Shown here in pieces: positions 9,274 to 19,064 of a DNA stretch of 64,000 nucleotides; positions within the stretch are counted from its first letter, which is position 1, and every line of letters begins with the position of its first letter. The notes beneath the pieces were generated by a model. It was not told where the DNA came from. It saw nothing but the letters and a program-made list of their open reading frames with translations, and did no database searches. Source of the DNA: Candidatus Omnitrophota bacterium (GTDB lineage Bacteria > Omnitrophota > Gorgyraeia > JABMRN01 > RBG-13-46-9); contig JBDRHE010000008.1 of the NCBI GenBank assembly GCA_043817155.1, forward strand, positions 1,554 through 65,553, given 5' to 3'. The position numbers and the translations under genes are program-made.

Positions 9274-9678
9274 ATGAAACTCTGTAGCGCATGTCTATTG
9301 GGTATTAGGTGCAGGTTCGATGGCAAAAGCAATGCCGAGAAAGCTATAATAGAGCTAGCGCGAACCGAAACGCTTATTCCGGTCTGTCCTGAACAGCTCG
9401 GGGGCTTGTCTACACCAAGAGACCCGGCCGAAAGGCTGGGGAATAGGGTGATCACAAAAGCAGGCAGGGATGTCACAAAAGAATATAGGACAGGATCTCT
9501 GGAAGTCCTGAAGCTGACCAAGATATACAATATTAAAGAGGCTATTCTTAAACAGGGAAGTCCCGCTTGCGGCCGCGGCCTTATTTGCGATGGGACATTT
9601 TCCGGAAATGCTATTAAGGGAAATGGTGTTACAGCCGAGCTCTTGCAGAAAAACGGCATTAATATTATAGCAAAGTAG
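9274..9678 (+). CDS. DUF523 (TudS-like, 2-thiouracil desulfurase family) protein
   Basis: SACLLGIRCRFDG ... VCPEQLGGLSTPRDPAE ... GSPACG: the characteristic Cys ligands and CPE..GGL..PR motif of DUF523. Confidence 0.6.
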   Translation: MKLCSACLLGIRCRFDGKSNAEKAIIELARTETLIPVCPEQLGGLSTPRDPAERLGNRVITKAGRDVTKEYRTGSLEVLKLTKIYNIKEAILKQGSPACGRGLICDGTFSGNAIKGNGVTAELLQKNGINIIAK

Positions 9679-9819
9679 GATCTCAGATCTTTGGGAAAAG
9701 GGGATGACAGAGAAAGAACTATGAAGACTCACTCACCGGCTACACATCATGTGACTATTTTAGCATAACAAATCAGCATTTATGCTATAATATCATCCGG
9801 AAAACATAGGAGGAAAAAA

Positions 9820-10203
9820 GTGGGCGGTAAAGTAGTTCTGGTAATCGATGATCAACAGGAGATGTGCAAACTGGTTAAAGAGAGTCTGGAAATAGCCGGA
9901 GACTATAAGGTAGCCATGGCTTTCAGCGGCCGGGAGGGGCTTAAGGCCGCGAAATCGATAAAACCGCACCTGATCCTACTCGACGTTATGATGCCTGCTA
10001 TGGATGGATTCGAGGTCTTAAAGTTGCTCAAGGAGAATAGCGCCACAAAGTCTATCCCGGTAGTTATGTTAACGGCAGTAGATAATGAGACAGCAAAATT
10101 GAAGGCTATGCAATTATACGATGAAGACTATCTGATAAAACCCGCACCTATAGAGAAATTGAGAAGCACCGTGGATAATGTGTTAAGAAGAAGAGGGCTC
10201 TGA
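9820..10203 (+). CDS. Single-domain response regulator (CheY-like receiver)
   Basis: GTG start with a good RBS (AGGAGGA). VLVIDDQQE ... LILLDVMMPAMDGFEVLK ... the phospho-acceptor Asp and the conserved Lys are in the expected context. Confidence 0.75.
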   Translation: MGGKVVLVIDDQQEMCKLVKESLEIAGDYKVAMAFSGREGLKAAKSIKPHLILLDVMMPAMDGFEVLKLLKENSATKSIPVVMLTAVDNETAKLKAMQLYDEDYLIKPAPIEKLRSTVDNVLRRRGL

Positions 10204-10286
10204 AGCTTTAGGATCTGTCCCCTTAATTCCCTTAATTCTAGTCATTTTTTTTGATTTTTTATGTTCTATAGAGTATAATCATATCA

Positions 10287-11375
10287 ATGATAGACGTGAT
10301 TTATTTTCATAAGTTCAAATATCCTTACCTCATTCTGCTGCTTGTATTCTTCTCTTTTTTAGCGCTTGAAGCAGGGCCCCTACATGAAGTCTACATAGAC
10401 ATAAGCGTAAGCATACCAAAAGAGGTGAGGAAGACGGATTTCAGCTGGATAACGGTAAACGAATGGTTCAACGGCCAGGTGCGCCTGATAGAGAGTCATT
10501 CGGTGCTGCAGCACGTAAAGACCGGTATCGGTGAAGAGGCCTTAAAGGGGCTTCTTTTCGTTAAGCGACTCGATGCCGTGGATGTTATAAGAGTCTCTAT
10601 CCATTCGGATGACGATCCTCACATTCTGGGAGAAACGCTTAATAAGATCGGGACCGTCTATTTAGAGAGCTTGAGGGGGATCCTCGGCAAAGGGAAGGCG
10701 CTATCCGAGCCGATTGAAACGGTTGATACTGACGCTAGTAGGGCAAGTTATGAAAATACTCTGGCGGATTTGAAGGCAGAGGGCGTTAAGATAGAGAACG
10801 ACATAAAGGGCGCGCAGCAAAATTTAAACAGTTTAAAAAATGAGGTAGCGCCCCTTGAGGCCATAGAACGTGATTCGAAAAAGATCGAAAGCGAGATCGC
10901 CCGCGTAGGGAATACACTTTCCCCGCTTAATGAAAAACTTGCAAATTTGCTATCTGTTTATACCGAGAACTGGCCTACGGTTGTTGAGCTTAAGCAGAAG
11001 ATGGAGCCGCTTGAAACAGAGAAAGCGAGGCTTGAGGATGAGCTGGCCGTTGCCAGGGCCGCTTATGAAAACATAGATGCGCTGAGGCGGAGTATCGGCG
11101 AAGCAGAAGCTGTAATAAGAGATCTCCAGAACCAGGAGAGAGCGATAAGAATACGCTTAGCAGACCACATAAAAAAAGAGCCAAAGATCGAACCCAAAAT
11201 TGCGATAGACAAAGAAGAGACTTCATATGGCGCCATCATAACCCCTCCCACCAGAAAGATACTTTTCCAGGCAGTTGTAAGGGCTCTTATCGGCGCATTG
11301 TTGGGTTTTGCAATTTGGTTTGCAATCAGCAAGTTTTTTGCTAAAAGACAGAGTTACTTTGAATTAGAGAAGTAG
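10287..11375 (+). CDS. Polysaccharide co-polymerase (Wzz/GumC-like) or coiled-coil membrane protein
   Basis: N- and C-terminal transmembrane helices flank a long coiled coil. The LSVYTENWPTVVELKQKM segment resembles the PCP proline-rich motif. Confidence 0.4.
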   Translation: MIDVIYFHKFKYPYLILLLVFFSFLALEAGPLHEVYIDISVSIPKEVRKTDFSWITVNEWFNGQVRLIESHSVLQHVKTGIGEEALKGLLFVKRLDAVDVIRVSIHSDDDPHILGETLNKIGTVYLESLRGILGKGKALSEPIETVDTDASRASYENTLADLKAEGVKIENDIKGAQQNLNSLKNEVAPLEAIERDSKKIESEIARVGNTLSPLNEKLANLLSVYTENWPTVVELKQKMEPLETEKARLEDELAVARAAYENIDALRRSIGEAEAVIRDLQNQERAIRIRLADHIKKEPKIEPKIAIDKEETSYGAIITPPTRKILFQAVVRALIGALLGFAIWFAISKFFAKRQSYFELEK

Positions 11376-11454
11376 ATAACATGCCTGCCCTCTCTTCTTT
11401 GCGAACCCCGTTAGAAAATACTTTTCTAACGGGGCGAGGAACCCTAGATAACAT

Positions 11455-12141
11455 ATGAAAGAGAGCGTACTATTTTCCTGGAGTGGCGGCAAGGATAGCG
11501 CTTTTGCGCTGTACGAATTTAAGAAGAATACCGATTTCGAGATCACCGCGCTTTTAACAACGATAACGGAAGACTACGGGAGGGTAAGCATGCATGGTAT
11601 ACGGCGCTCTCTACTTGAGCGTCAGGGCCAGATGCTTGGCATTCCTGTTGAGAAGGTGTCTATCTCAAAGAACGATTCACATGATGATTATAGCAATAAG
11701 ATGGAGAGTGTGCTTAGAGGATTTCTTGAGAAGAATGTCCGCGCGGTAGTTTTTGGCGATATCTTTTTAGAAGACTTAAGGAGATACAGGGAAGATAACC
11801 TGGCAAAGATAGGGATGAAAGCGCTCTTTCCGATATGGAAGAAGGAGACTTCCAGGCTGGCGCATGAATTTATCGATCTTGGGTTCAAAGCCGTGATCAC
11901 GTGCGTGGATGGGGAATATTTAGACAGGGCGTTTGTAGGCAGGGCTTTCGATAGAGAGTTCTTATCGGAACTTCCTACCACCATAGATCCATGCGGCGAG
12001 AATGGGGAATTCCACTCTTTCGCGTATGACGGACCCATATTTCAAAAAGGGATCGCCCATACCCTGGGCGATATCGTCTTAAGAGACGATCGTTTTTATT
12101 ACTGTGATGTTGTGCCGGATGAGAATAAAGAGCAGGAGTAG
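11455..12141 (+). CDS. PP-loop ATP pyrophosphatase of the MJ0570/Dph6-like family
   Basis: LFSWSGGKDS PP-loop and EGE motifs. About 230 aa, which is typical of the family. Confidence 0.65.
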   Translation: MKESVLFSWSGGKDSAFALYEFKKNTDFEITALLTTITEDYGRVSMHGIRRSLLERQGQMLGIPVEKVSISKNDSHDDYSNKMESVLRGFLEKNVRAVVFGDIFLEDLRRYREDNLAKIGMKALFPIWKKETSRLAHEFIDLGFKAVITCVDGEYLDRAFVGRAFDREFLSELPTTIDPCGENGEFHSFAYDGPIFQKGIAHTLGDIVLRDDRFYYCDVVPDENKEQE

Positions 12142-12143
12142 TA

Positions 12144-12632
12144 TTGATGATGAAGGCGCTCGTGGTGGATGGGTATAACGCAATACACAAGATCCCTCAT
12201 TTAAGGACGCTTATGGACAAGAGCCTTCTTGAAGCACGCGATAGGGTAACGCGGCTAAGCCTGGAATACCAGCGCAGAGTCGGAGGCATTGACAAGATTC
12301 GTGTTGTTTTTGACGGCAAAGATATCTATAGAGACAAAGAGCCGCTCGCTTCGGATGCTCAGGTATTCTCGAAGACGGGTGAAGGCGACGATGAGATTTT
12401 GCGACAGGTAAGGATCCTATCGGAGAAATATCATGTCCTGGTCGTAACGGATGACAACTTCGTTAGGAACAACTCACGCGCGCACAAGGCAAGCGTAATA
12501 AGCGTATCTCGATTTATAGAGCAATTGGACAAAAAAGAGAAGAAGCGAGCCCGAGAGATGCCGGCAGGCAAGGTATCGCCCGAGAGCGCTCTCAAGATAA
12601 ATGAAGAGCTTAAGAGGCACTGGGGACTCTAA
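12144..12632 (+). CDS. NYN-domain (YacP/Rae1-like) putative RNase
   Basis: LVVDGYNAIHK ... VVFDGKD ... VVTDDN is the conserved acidic core of YacP-like NYN domains. Confidence 0.6.
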   Translation: MMMKALVVDGYNAIHKIPHLRTLMDKSLLEARDRVTRLSLEYQRRVGGIDKIRVVFDGKDIYRDKEPLASDAQVFSKTGEGDDEILRQVRILSEKYHVLVVTDDNFVRNNSRAHKASVISVSRFIEQLDKKEKKRAREMPAGKVSPESALKINEELKRHWGL

Positions 12633-12638
12633 TATTTT

Positions 12639-13373
12639 ATGTTCAGTGGTATTCTATTAGCGATAATACAGGCTGCCACCGAATTCTTACCCATATCATC
12701 CTCGGGGCACCTGGCTATAGCGACGAATTTGATCTCACAGCCGGATCTCTTCTTTTTTACAGCGCTACATTTAGCCAGCCTCATAGCGGTTCTTATCTTT
12801 ACAAGAAAAGAGCTTGCAAGTCTTGTGAAATTCAAGAAAGAGACAAGGAACTTGTGGCTCTTCTTGATGATCGCGACCATACCCTCCGCATTATTCGGGT
12901 TTTTCTTCAGGAGCCGGATCGAGGGAACTTTTTCGTCATTTCTATTTATAGGAATAGCGCTTTGCTTTACAGGGGTTATCCTATTCTTCACAAGGTTTAC
13001 AAAGGGAGGCTCGGATTTGAGCATTAAAAGCGCCCTCATAATAGGACTGTTCCAGACGCTCGCGCTATTCCCGGGAGTATCGAGGAGCGGGATCACGATC
13101 TCATGCGCTCTCTTCCTGGGTATCGGGAGGGAGAAAGCCGCAAAATTCTCATTTCTCCTCTTTGTTCCCCTGTCGCTTGGAGCGTTTATGCTGGAGGGGT
13201 TAGAAGGATGTTATGTCAATTTAGCTCTCGGGATCTCTTTTTTGACCTGTCTTATCTTGAGCTTGCTTTTTCTAAATCTTCTGATCTTTATACTTAAAAG
13301 AGACAGATTCTGGCTATTTTCAATTTACTGCGTTTTAGCCGGATTGGTGACTCTAGCTATAAATTATTTATAA
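12639..13373 (+). CDS. uppP: Undecaprenyl-diphosphatase
   Basis: The TEFLPISSSGHL signature and roughly 8 TM helices. Confidence 0.8.
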   Translation: MFSGILLAIIQAATEFLPISSSGHLAIATNLISQPDLFFFTALHLASLIAVLIFTRKELASLVKFKKETRNLWLFLMIATIPSALFGFFFRSRIEGTFSSFLFIGIALCFTGVILFFTRFTKGGSDLSIKSALIIGLFQTLALFPGVSRSGITISCALFLGIGREKAAKFSFLLFVPLSLGAFMLEGLEGCYVNLALGISFLTCLILSLLFLNLLIFILKRDRFWLFSIYCVLAGLVTLAINYL

Positions 13374-13392
13374 CTATTTAATACGTGAATTT

Positions 13393-13446
13393 AAAAGCAG
13401 TAGCCGGGGTTTAAACCCCGGCTACTGCTTTTGGTTTTCTTACAAG
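13393..13446. terminator. Bidirectional rho-independent terminator
   Basis: A perfect hairpin GCAGTAGCCGGGG-TTTAAA-CCCCGGCTACTGC, flanked by A-run/T-run, lies between the convergent uppP and the decarboxylase gene. Confidence 0.8.
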
Positions 13447-13644
13447 GTTACCTTCGGAATGCTGACCGATAACATTTTTATCCAAATTAGCCCCTTTGTC
13501 ATTCCCGCGCAAGCGGGAATCCAGGCGGAAAGTACAAACATATTAGAAAGATATACTTCTGGATCCCCGCTGGAGTTTAGACCGCAGCAGCGGTCCGGGG
13601 ATGACATGTGGGGAAAAAGCGGAAATGGCAGACACATAAATCTG

Positions 13645-14820
13645 TCAAACCATTATGAGCTTAGCAGGTGGGAAGCCGTTAAAACCGGCAGTGGCGCTTG
13701 CGCATGAATACGCGCCTATGTTCTTTACGTAGACTACGTCATTGACGTAAAGCTCAGGGACTTCACAATTTTCAGAAAGAGTATCGAGGGAATCACAGGT
13801 AGGTCCGGCAAGCGTGCTCAAGAATGTTTGCCCGCGTCTTAGGGTCCTGAACTGGTATCTGCAATGGTCAAAGACCATGCCGGAAAAGTCGGCATATATA
13901 CCGTCATTTAGATAATAGTAGTTCTTATTGTTGCGGAAAGTCCTACCGATAACCTGCGTGACAAGTATCCCGGAGGGCCCTACCAGGAACCGTCCCGGCT
14001 CGGCAATAAATTTAACGTTCTTATCGAAGCGGCCTTTAAGTTCACGTCTTATGTGAATAGCCATTCTTTCAAAGTTCACGCCTATCTCACGGTCAAAATG
14101 CTGTATAGGAAACCCTCCTCCTATATCCAGGATCTTCAAAGGCAGGCCCATCTTCCTGGCTTCTTTGAATATGTCTGATGCGATCTCGATTGCCTGTAGA
14201 TAGTTTTCAACATTGGTAGCCTGCGAACCCACATGAAAACTTATACCGGTTGGCGTAAGACCGAGCGCTTTCGCTTTTTGCAAGAGAAAGAAGGCCTGCT
14301 CGGGATCCGCGCCAAATTTAAGTGACAGTTCAACGAGGCTTCCATGGTTATTAACCTTGATACGGGCAAGGACGTGCGCTTTCGGATAATGCTTGGCAAG
14401 TTTATACAGCTCAGGCTCGTTATCAAAAGTTACAAGCCTCACCTTGCGTCTTCTGGCAGATATGATATCATCCGTAGATTTAATGGTGTTGGCAAATATC
14501 ACCTTCGGGGGCAAGGCGCCGAGCGACAAGACGTGCTTCATCTCCGCAGCGCTCGCTACATCAAAACCCGAACCCAGTTTTACAAATGTCTTGATTATAC
14601 CGGGGTAAGGATTTGCTTTTATGGCATAGTAAGGAATAACTTCGGGGAGGCATTTACGAAAACGGCGATATTGTTTTTCAAGGGTGCAGCGTCTGATGAT
14701 CATGAAAGGCGTCCGATGTCTCTTTATCATGGACCTTATGAGGCCCTCTACGCCGCTTATGTCGCTCTTAGGCTTTTGTGGCTTCAAACTCTCTTGCGTT
14801 AGCGCGGATGTCTTTTGCAT
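13645..14820 (-). CDS. PLP-dependent eukaryotic-type ornithine/lysine decarboxylase (alanine-racemase fold)
   Basis: YYAIKANPYPGIIKTFVKLGSGFDVASAAE (PLP-Lys region) and GGGF motifs. The first Met overlaps the upstream gene by 53 nt. An alternative start is at 14730 (MIKRHRTPFMIIRR...). Confidence 0.7.
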   Translation of the reverse strand: MQKTSALTQESLKPQKPKSDISGVEGLIRSMIKRHRTPFMIIRRCTLEKQYRRFRKCLPEVIPYYAIKANPYPGIIKTFVKLGSGFDVASAAEMKHVLSLGALPPKVIFANTIKSTDDIISARRRKVRLVTFDNEPELYKLAKHYPKAHVLARIKVNNHGSLVELSLKFGADPEQAFFLLQKAKALGLTPTGISFHVGSQATNVENYLQAIEIASDIFKEARKMGLPLKILDIGGGFPIQHFDREIGVNFERMAIHIRRELKGRFDKNVKFIAEPGRFLVGPSGILVTQVIGRTFRNNKNYYYLNDGIYADFSGMVFDHCRYQFRTLRRGQTFLSTLAGPTCDSLDTLSENCEVPELYVNDVVYVKNIGAYSCASATAGFNGFPPAKLIMV

Positions 14821-16279
14821 TTAACCTCTCTCTGGGGTCAACAAGAAATGTAGTGAATTGCCAGACGTCCTCTTCCTTTGGCCGCGGAATGTCAAACTTA
14901 GTAAATTTTGTATTAAGATTCTTTAGTGGCGTCCAGTCTACAGGGATTGAAATAAAAGGCTCTATATACGGAATAGAGGTCTTCAAAATGTCCTCATGGT
15001 CTATGTCATCCGGAAGAAGGAAACCCCTTTTAGGATTTCTTATCATCCATGACGCCGCCGCCACTACGGAGATCGCTACCTGAAGTGTCGTTGCCTGTTG
15101 ATGCGGAACGAGTTCACGTGACTTATGGATATCGAGCAGGCTTCCGCACCACCACGATTTAAAGTCATGCCCCATAAGGAGTACGCCAAGCTCATCTTTG
15201 CCATCTATTATCTCATCACTCATAATTCTCTGCTTCTCCTGCAGCTTAAATTGTCTCATCTCAAGCTCATGCATAGAATTGATCGCGGCATTGGAGGGGC
15301 AATATGCGTAGTGTACAGTCGGTCTATAAACAGCTTTTCCATTTTCCCACACAGTAAGTCTATCGGATATACCGAACGCTTCTCCGTGTCGGATGACCAT
15401 ACCAGTTATTTCGCCGCAGGGAACCCAGGACCGGACCCATGTCTTCATCCCTACGGATGCAAGGCATATCTGGTTCTTCGGACCGAAGTTATGGAAGTAA
15501 GCATTTTTAGGGACATAGTATTCGTGCGTTCCCCACCCTAGTTCTGCCGGAGCAACACCCTCTTCGTAAAACCCTTCGATACTCCAAGTATTTACAAATT
15601 CATTTAGCTCTTTTGGCCGGTTCGTGATCTGTGTATCCCTTTCACTTATATGAATAGTCTTGACGCCTTCGATCTGTGCAAGTCTTGCGAAATTCTTATT
15701 CTGAATAGCTTTTTCAAGCGCTCCGGCCCTGGAATCCCCGGGCTTCTCCTCCAAAATCTTTGAAGCTATGTCCAAAAGCGCGTTCTTGGTGAAGTGCGAT
15801 ACCAGTCCCGGGTTGGCTCCATGGTCTACAATGGCAGTTGTCCCGTTGTTATCCCCCCACCGCTCGATCATCTTGCGTAATTCCATGTGACGGGTATACA
15901 AAGTGTATTTGGTCGGGTCATTACGCTCAGAATCTTTATAAGGATTCCACTCTTCAACGGAAGTATTGACATAAAGTACCCGGTTATTTCGGCACCAATC
16001 TACAATAGATCTACAGTCAATATTCCATGCAAGATCGATGATCATGTCACCTGCGCCAACGAAGCCGGAAAGAAGCGTTTTATAGTTATCAATGGTAACC
16101 TTATCCATTGCATACTTTACGCCCTTTTCCATAGAACTCTTGACGCGCGCGCGATTATCTACATAATCCATAATGGTTATTCTCTCTGCCGGCATGTCGA
16201 TAAGCTTAAGTATCAGTGGTATCGCGCACTGAGACACCGAGCCGCACCCTATAACAAGCAGTTTACCGTTAAATTTCAT
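14768..16279 (-). CDS. Saccharopine-dehydrogenase-family enzyme, most likely homospermidine synthase (or carboxynorspermidine dehydrogenase)
   Basis: N-terminal Rossmann LLVIGCGSVSQCAIPLI. It is 503 aa, which is in the bacterial HSS size range, and it is adjacent to the Orn/Lys decarboxylase. Confidence 0.5.
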   Translation of the reverse strand: MKFNGKLLVIGCGSVSQCAIPLILKLIDMPAERITIMDYVDNRARVKSSMEKGVKYAMDKVTIDNYKTLLSGFVGAGDMIIDLAWNIDCRSIVDWCRNNRVLYVNTSVEEWNPYKDSERNDPTKYTLYTRHMELRKMIERWGDNNGTTAIVDHGANPGLVSHFTKNALLDIASKILEEKPGDSRAGALEKAIQNKNFARLAQIEGVKTIHISERDTQITNRPKELNEFVNTWSIEGFYEEGVAPAELGWGTHEYYVPKNAYFHNFGPKNQICLASVGMKTWVRSWVPCGEITGMVIRHGEAFGISDRLTVWENGKAVYRPTVHYAYCPSNAAINSMHELEMRQFKLQEKQRIMSDEIIDGKDELGVLLMGHDFKSWWCGSLLDIHKSRELVPHQQATTLQVAISVVAAASWMIRNPKRGFLLPDDIDHEDILKTSIPYIEPFISIPVDWTPLKNLNTKFTKFDIPRPKEEDVWQFTTFLVDPRERLNAKDIRANAREFEATKA

Positions 16280-16395
16280 CAGCCTTCCTCCATCGGTTGG
16301 GTTTATTTTATGTCAGTATAGCATATTTATTTATTTTGCGAAATAAAAAAATGAAATAGAAATAGAAAAATAATATTCTAAAAAAGATTACACAC

Positions 16396-16760
16396 CTGCC
16401 TGCCGGCCCGCCTGCCAATGTGAAGTCTTGGCAGGCAGGCAGGGATTATTTTTAAATATATAACGTTTTGATTGCACGGGTGAAAAATATTGATATGTCT
16501 TTGCGAGGCACCGGAATATTCGAACGTGCCGAAGCCTGCCTGCCCGAAATATACTGGCAGGCAGGCAATCTCATTCGAGCTAGTTTGAGATTGCTTCGGA
16601 ACACCAAGTATTCATCGGTTCCTCGCAATGACAGAAGAACGGAGATTGCTTCGGTGCGCTAGCTTATTACGGCACCTCGCAAAGACGAGGGGAGAAACAA
16701 TTGCTTCGGTGCGCTTAGCATATTACGGCACCGCGCAATGACAAGCTGACAGTCGAGCGT
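16396..16760. repeat. Composite intergenic repeat cluster (a CCTGCCTGCC palindrome plus at least 4 double-hairpin units)
   Basis: 16396-16443 is a palindromic unit. The double-hairpin units sit at 16498, 16590, 16655 and 16705. Confidence 0.8.
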
Positions 16761-16797
16761 TTCGATGCATTTGCAAGGAGAACAATTTCAGATATAA

Positions 16798-18201
16798 TTA
16801 AGCAGCGGCGAGGTAGACCGTTTCGTTCTTTCGTGGTACGGAGACGCGGACGTTGATGGATTTTATATCCTTTCTCAAGCCCTCAGATTGGCGGGGTTCC
16901 CCATGAACGATGAATACTTTTTTAAGAGATCTCCCGCATTCTTTCACATAGCGAAGGAGGTTATGCTTATCTGCATGGGCGCTGAAGGAGTCGACCATGA
17001 CGACCTCAGCTCTCAGATGATAAGGCCTGCCGAATATATTGACCATTGGTTTTTTTTCAACGATCTTTTTGCCCAGGGTATTATTTGGCATGTACCCCAC
17101 AGCGATGATCGTATTGTAAGGATTTTCGATATTATTCTTAAGGTGATGCAGTATCCTTCCGTTTTCGCATGTACCGGAAGCTGAAATGATGATCATCGGG
17201 CCCGTCTTATCGTTAAGCTTTTTGGACTGGTCTACCTTCTGTATATAGGTGATATTCTTATTGCTAAGGGGGTCAAGTTCTTTTATATAGAGCTCTCTGG
17301 TCTCTTTGTCAAAATATTCCCAGCTGTTCTTAAAGACATTTGTAATATTCACCGCTAGTGGGCTATCTACATATATAGGAATATCCTTTATCTTCTTCTT
17401 TCGCAGTAAGCTGGACAGGTAATACAAGACTTCCTGCGATCGTTCCAAAGCGAAGGATGGGATGATGATCTTACCGCCGCGTTTTACCGTTCTATTTATT
17501 ATTTTCGAAAGATTCTCTTCAGCGTTTTGTACGGGAGGATGCGTCTTCGCGCCATAGGTGCTTTCGATGATCAGGTAGTTCACATCTTGTGGTATTTCCG
17601 GATCTCTCAGGTAGGGGAGGTTCGGCCTTCCGAGATCGACCGCGTAAGCAATGCGTGTCGTCCCTCTTTTTGTGCGGATATCGAATGTGGGTACCGATGA
17701 GCCCAGTATGTGCCCGGCGTCAAATAATGTAAGATCTATCCCTTGAGCTATGCTTAGCCTCGCGTGGTAGTCTAGGGTTTTACAGTATTTTAGGGATTTT
17801 TCAGCATCCTTCCTGACATATAGAGGCGACCTTGGCGGTAACCCGCGGCGCCTGTTTATCTTATTTACGTATTTTACATCCTCTTCCTGTATATGCCCTG
17901 AATCTGGCAACATGAATCGAAGAAGGTCCCTCGTGGAATGCGTAATGTAGGCCTTGGAGCGGAAGCCCTTTTTGACCAAGGTGGGGAAATTGCCACAATG
18001 GTCTATATGGGCGTGGGATATGACGCAACAGTTCAGATCAGAAGGATTAAAAGGGAACTGCGAGTTTGTCTCATAGAATTCATCGCGCCGCCCCTGGAAG
18101 AGGCCCACATCTATTAGAACATTTGCTTTTTCTGTAGACAGTAGATGCATCGATCCCGGCACGGCCCCGACACCGCCACAGAATTTAATTGTTATCGCCA
18201 T
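16798..18201 (-). CDS. MBL-fold beta-CASP hydrolase (RNase J/CPSF-like)
   Basis: HAHIDHCG (HxHxDH) and a beta-CASP-like C-terminal region. 467 aa. Confidence 0.65.
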   Translation of the reverse strand: MAITIKFCGGVGAVPGSMHLLSTEKANVLIDVGLFQGRRDEFYETNSQFPFNPSDLNCCVISHAHIDHCGNFPTLVKKGFRSKAYITHSTRDLLRFMLPDSGHIQEEDVKYVNKINRRRGLPPRSPLYVRKDAEKSLKYCKTLDYHARLSIAQGIDLTLFDAGHILGSSVPTFDIRTKRGTTRIAYAVDLGRPNLPYLRDPEIPQDVNYLIIESTYGAKTHPPVQNAEENLSKIINRTVKRGGKIIIPSFALERSQEVLYYLSSLLRKKKIKDIPIYVDSPLAVNITNVFKNSWEYFDKETRELYIKELDPLSNKNITYIQKVDQSKKLNDKTGPMIIISASGTCENGRILHHLKNNIENPYNTIIAVGYMPNNTLGKKIVEKKPMVNIFGRPYHLRAEVVMVDSFSAHADKHNLLRYVKECGRSLKKVFIVHGEPRQSEGLRKDIKSINVRVSVPRKNETVYLAAA

Positions 18202-18410
18202 TAGGCTTGTATGATATAATAACGCAGAGGTTTTAGCAATACTTAAATTACGAATTATATATACAAAATTCTAATTAACAAACTATAGTTTTAAGCTCTA
18301 AGCTTTAAGCCGTAAGCTAAAAACAGGTTAAGCTTATAACTTACGGCTTATGGCTTATAGCTGCGTGTTATAGTTCTATCTGTGCTAATCTGTGTATAAG
18401 GAGGGCAATA

Positions 18411-19043
18411 ATGGAAAGAGTTTCGAAAAGAATAGGCTGGGAGATCATTAAGAAAGCAGCGCTGCCTTCTCTTATGCTGTTTTCTCTTATTTATGGATAC
18501 ATTTTCTATAAGTTAAAAGTGGTGCCTACATTATCGCAGGCGGCTTCCGGGGAGCTTACTAAATATATAGGAACGATATTCATTCTCTCCATAGCCATAC
18601 TTTTTCAGAGGATCATCGGGGCGGTCCTCGGGTGGTATAGCGAGAATATTGCATCTAAAACGAAGACCAAGATGGATGATAAGTTAATACCCGTATTTAG
18701 GAAAACCATAAAGGTAATCGTATGGATAATAGCTATACTCGCAGCTCTTCCTCTTTATGGAATTAACATAAGCGCTCTTATAGCCACACTTGGAGTCGGT
18801 TCTCTGGCCATTGCTTTGGCTGCCCAGGATACCATTGCGAATATAATCGCGGGGTTCCTTATCATGATCGACGCGCCTTTTATGATAGGCGATAAGGTAA
18901 AGATCCCTTCAGGCGAGATAGTGAAGGTGCTGGATGTGGGCATAAGAAGATCGAAGTTCCTGTCCGATGATAAGTCGGTCATCATCGTGCCCAATCTGGA
19001 CCTGAGCAAGAGCAAGATCGTGAACTATACTTACGGGGCGTAA
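18411..19043 (+). CDS. Small MscS-family mechanosensitive channel
   Basis: TM helices followed by the MscS signature region GVGSLAIALAAQDTIANIIAGFLIMIDAPFMIGD. Confidence 0.65.
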   Translation: MERVSKRIGWEIIKKAALPSLMLFSLIYGYIFYKLKVVPTLSQAASGELTKYIGTIFILSIAILFQRIIGAVLGWYSENIASKTKTKMDDKLIPVFRKTIKVIVWIIAILAALPLYGINISALIATLGVGSLAIALAAQDTIANIIAGFLIMIDAPFMIGDKVKIPSGEIVKVLDVGIRRSKFLSDDKSVIIVPNLDLSKSKIVNYTYGA

Positions 19044-19064
19044 GAGAGTAATTAGGAGCCAAAG

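Noticed and set aside
16468-16662. 64-aa ORF, together with ORFs 22509-22901, 22537-22803 and 22616-23077
   Set aside because: They are composed of the palindromic intergenic repeat units. Reading frames through repeats produce artefactual ORFs on both strands.
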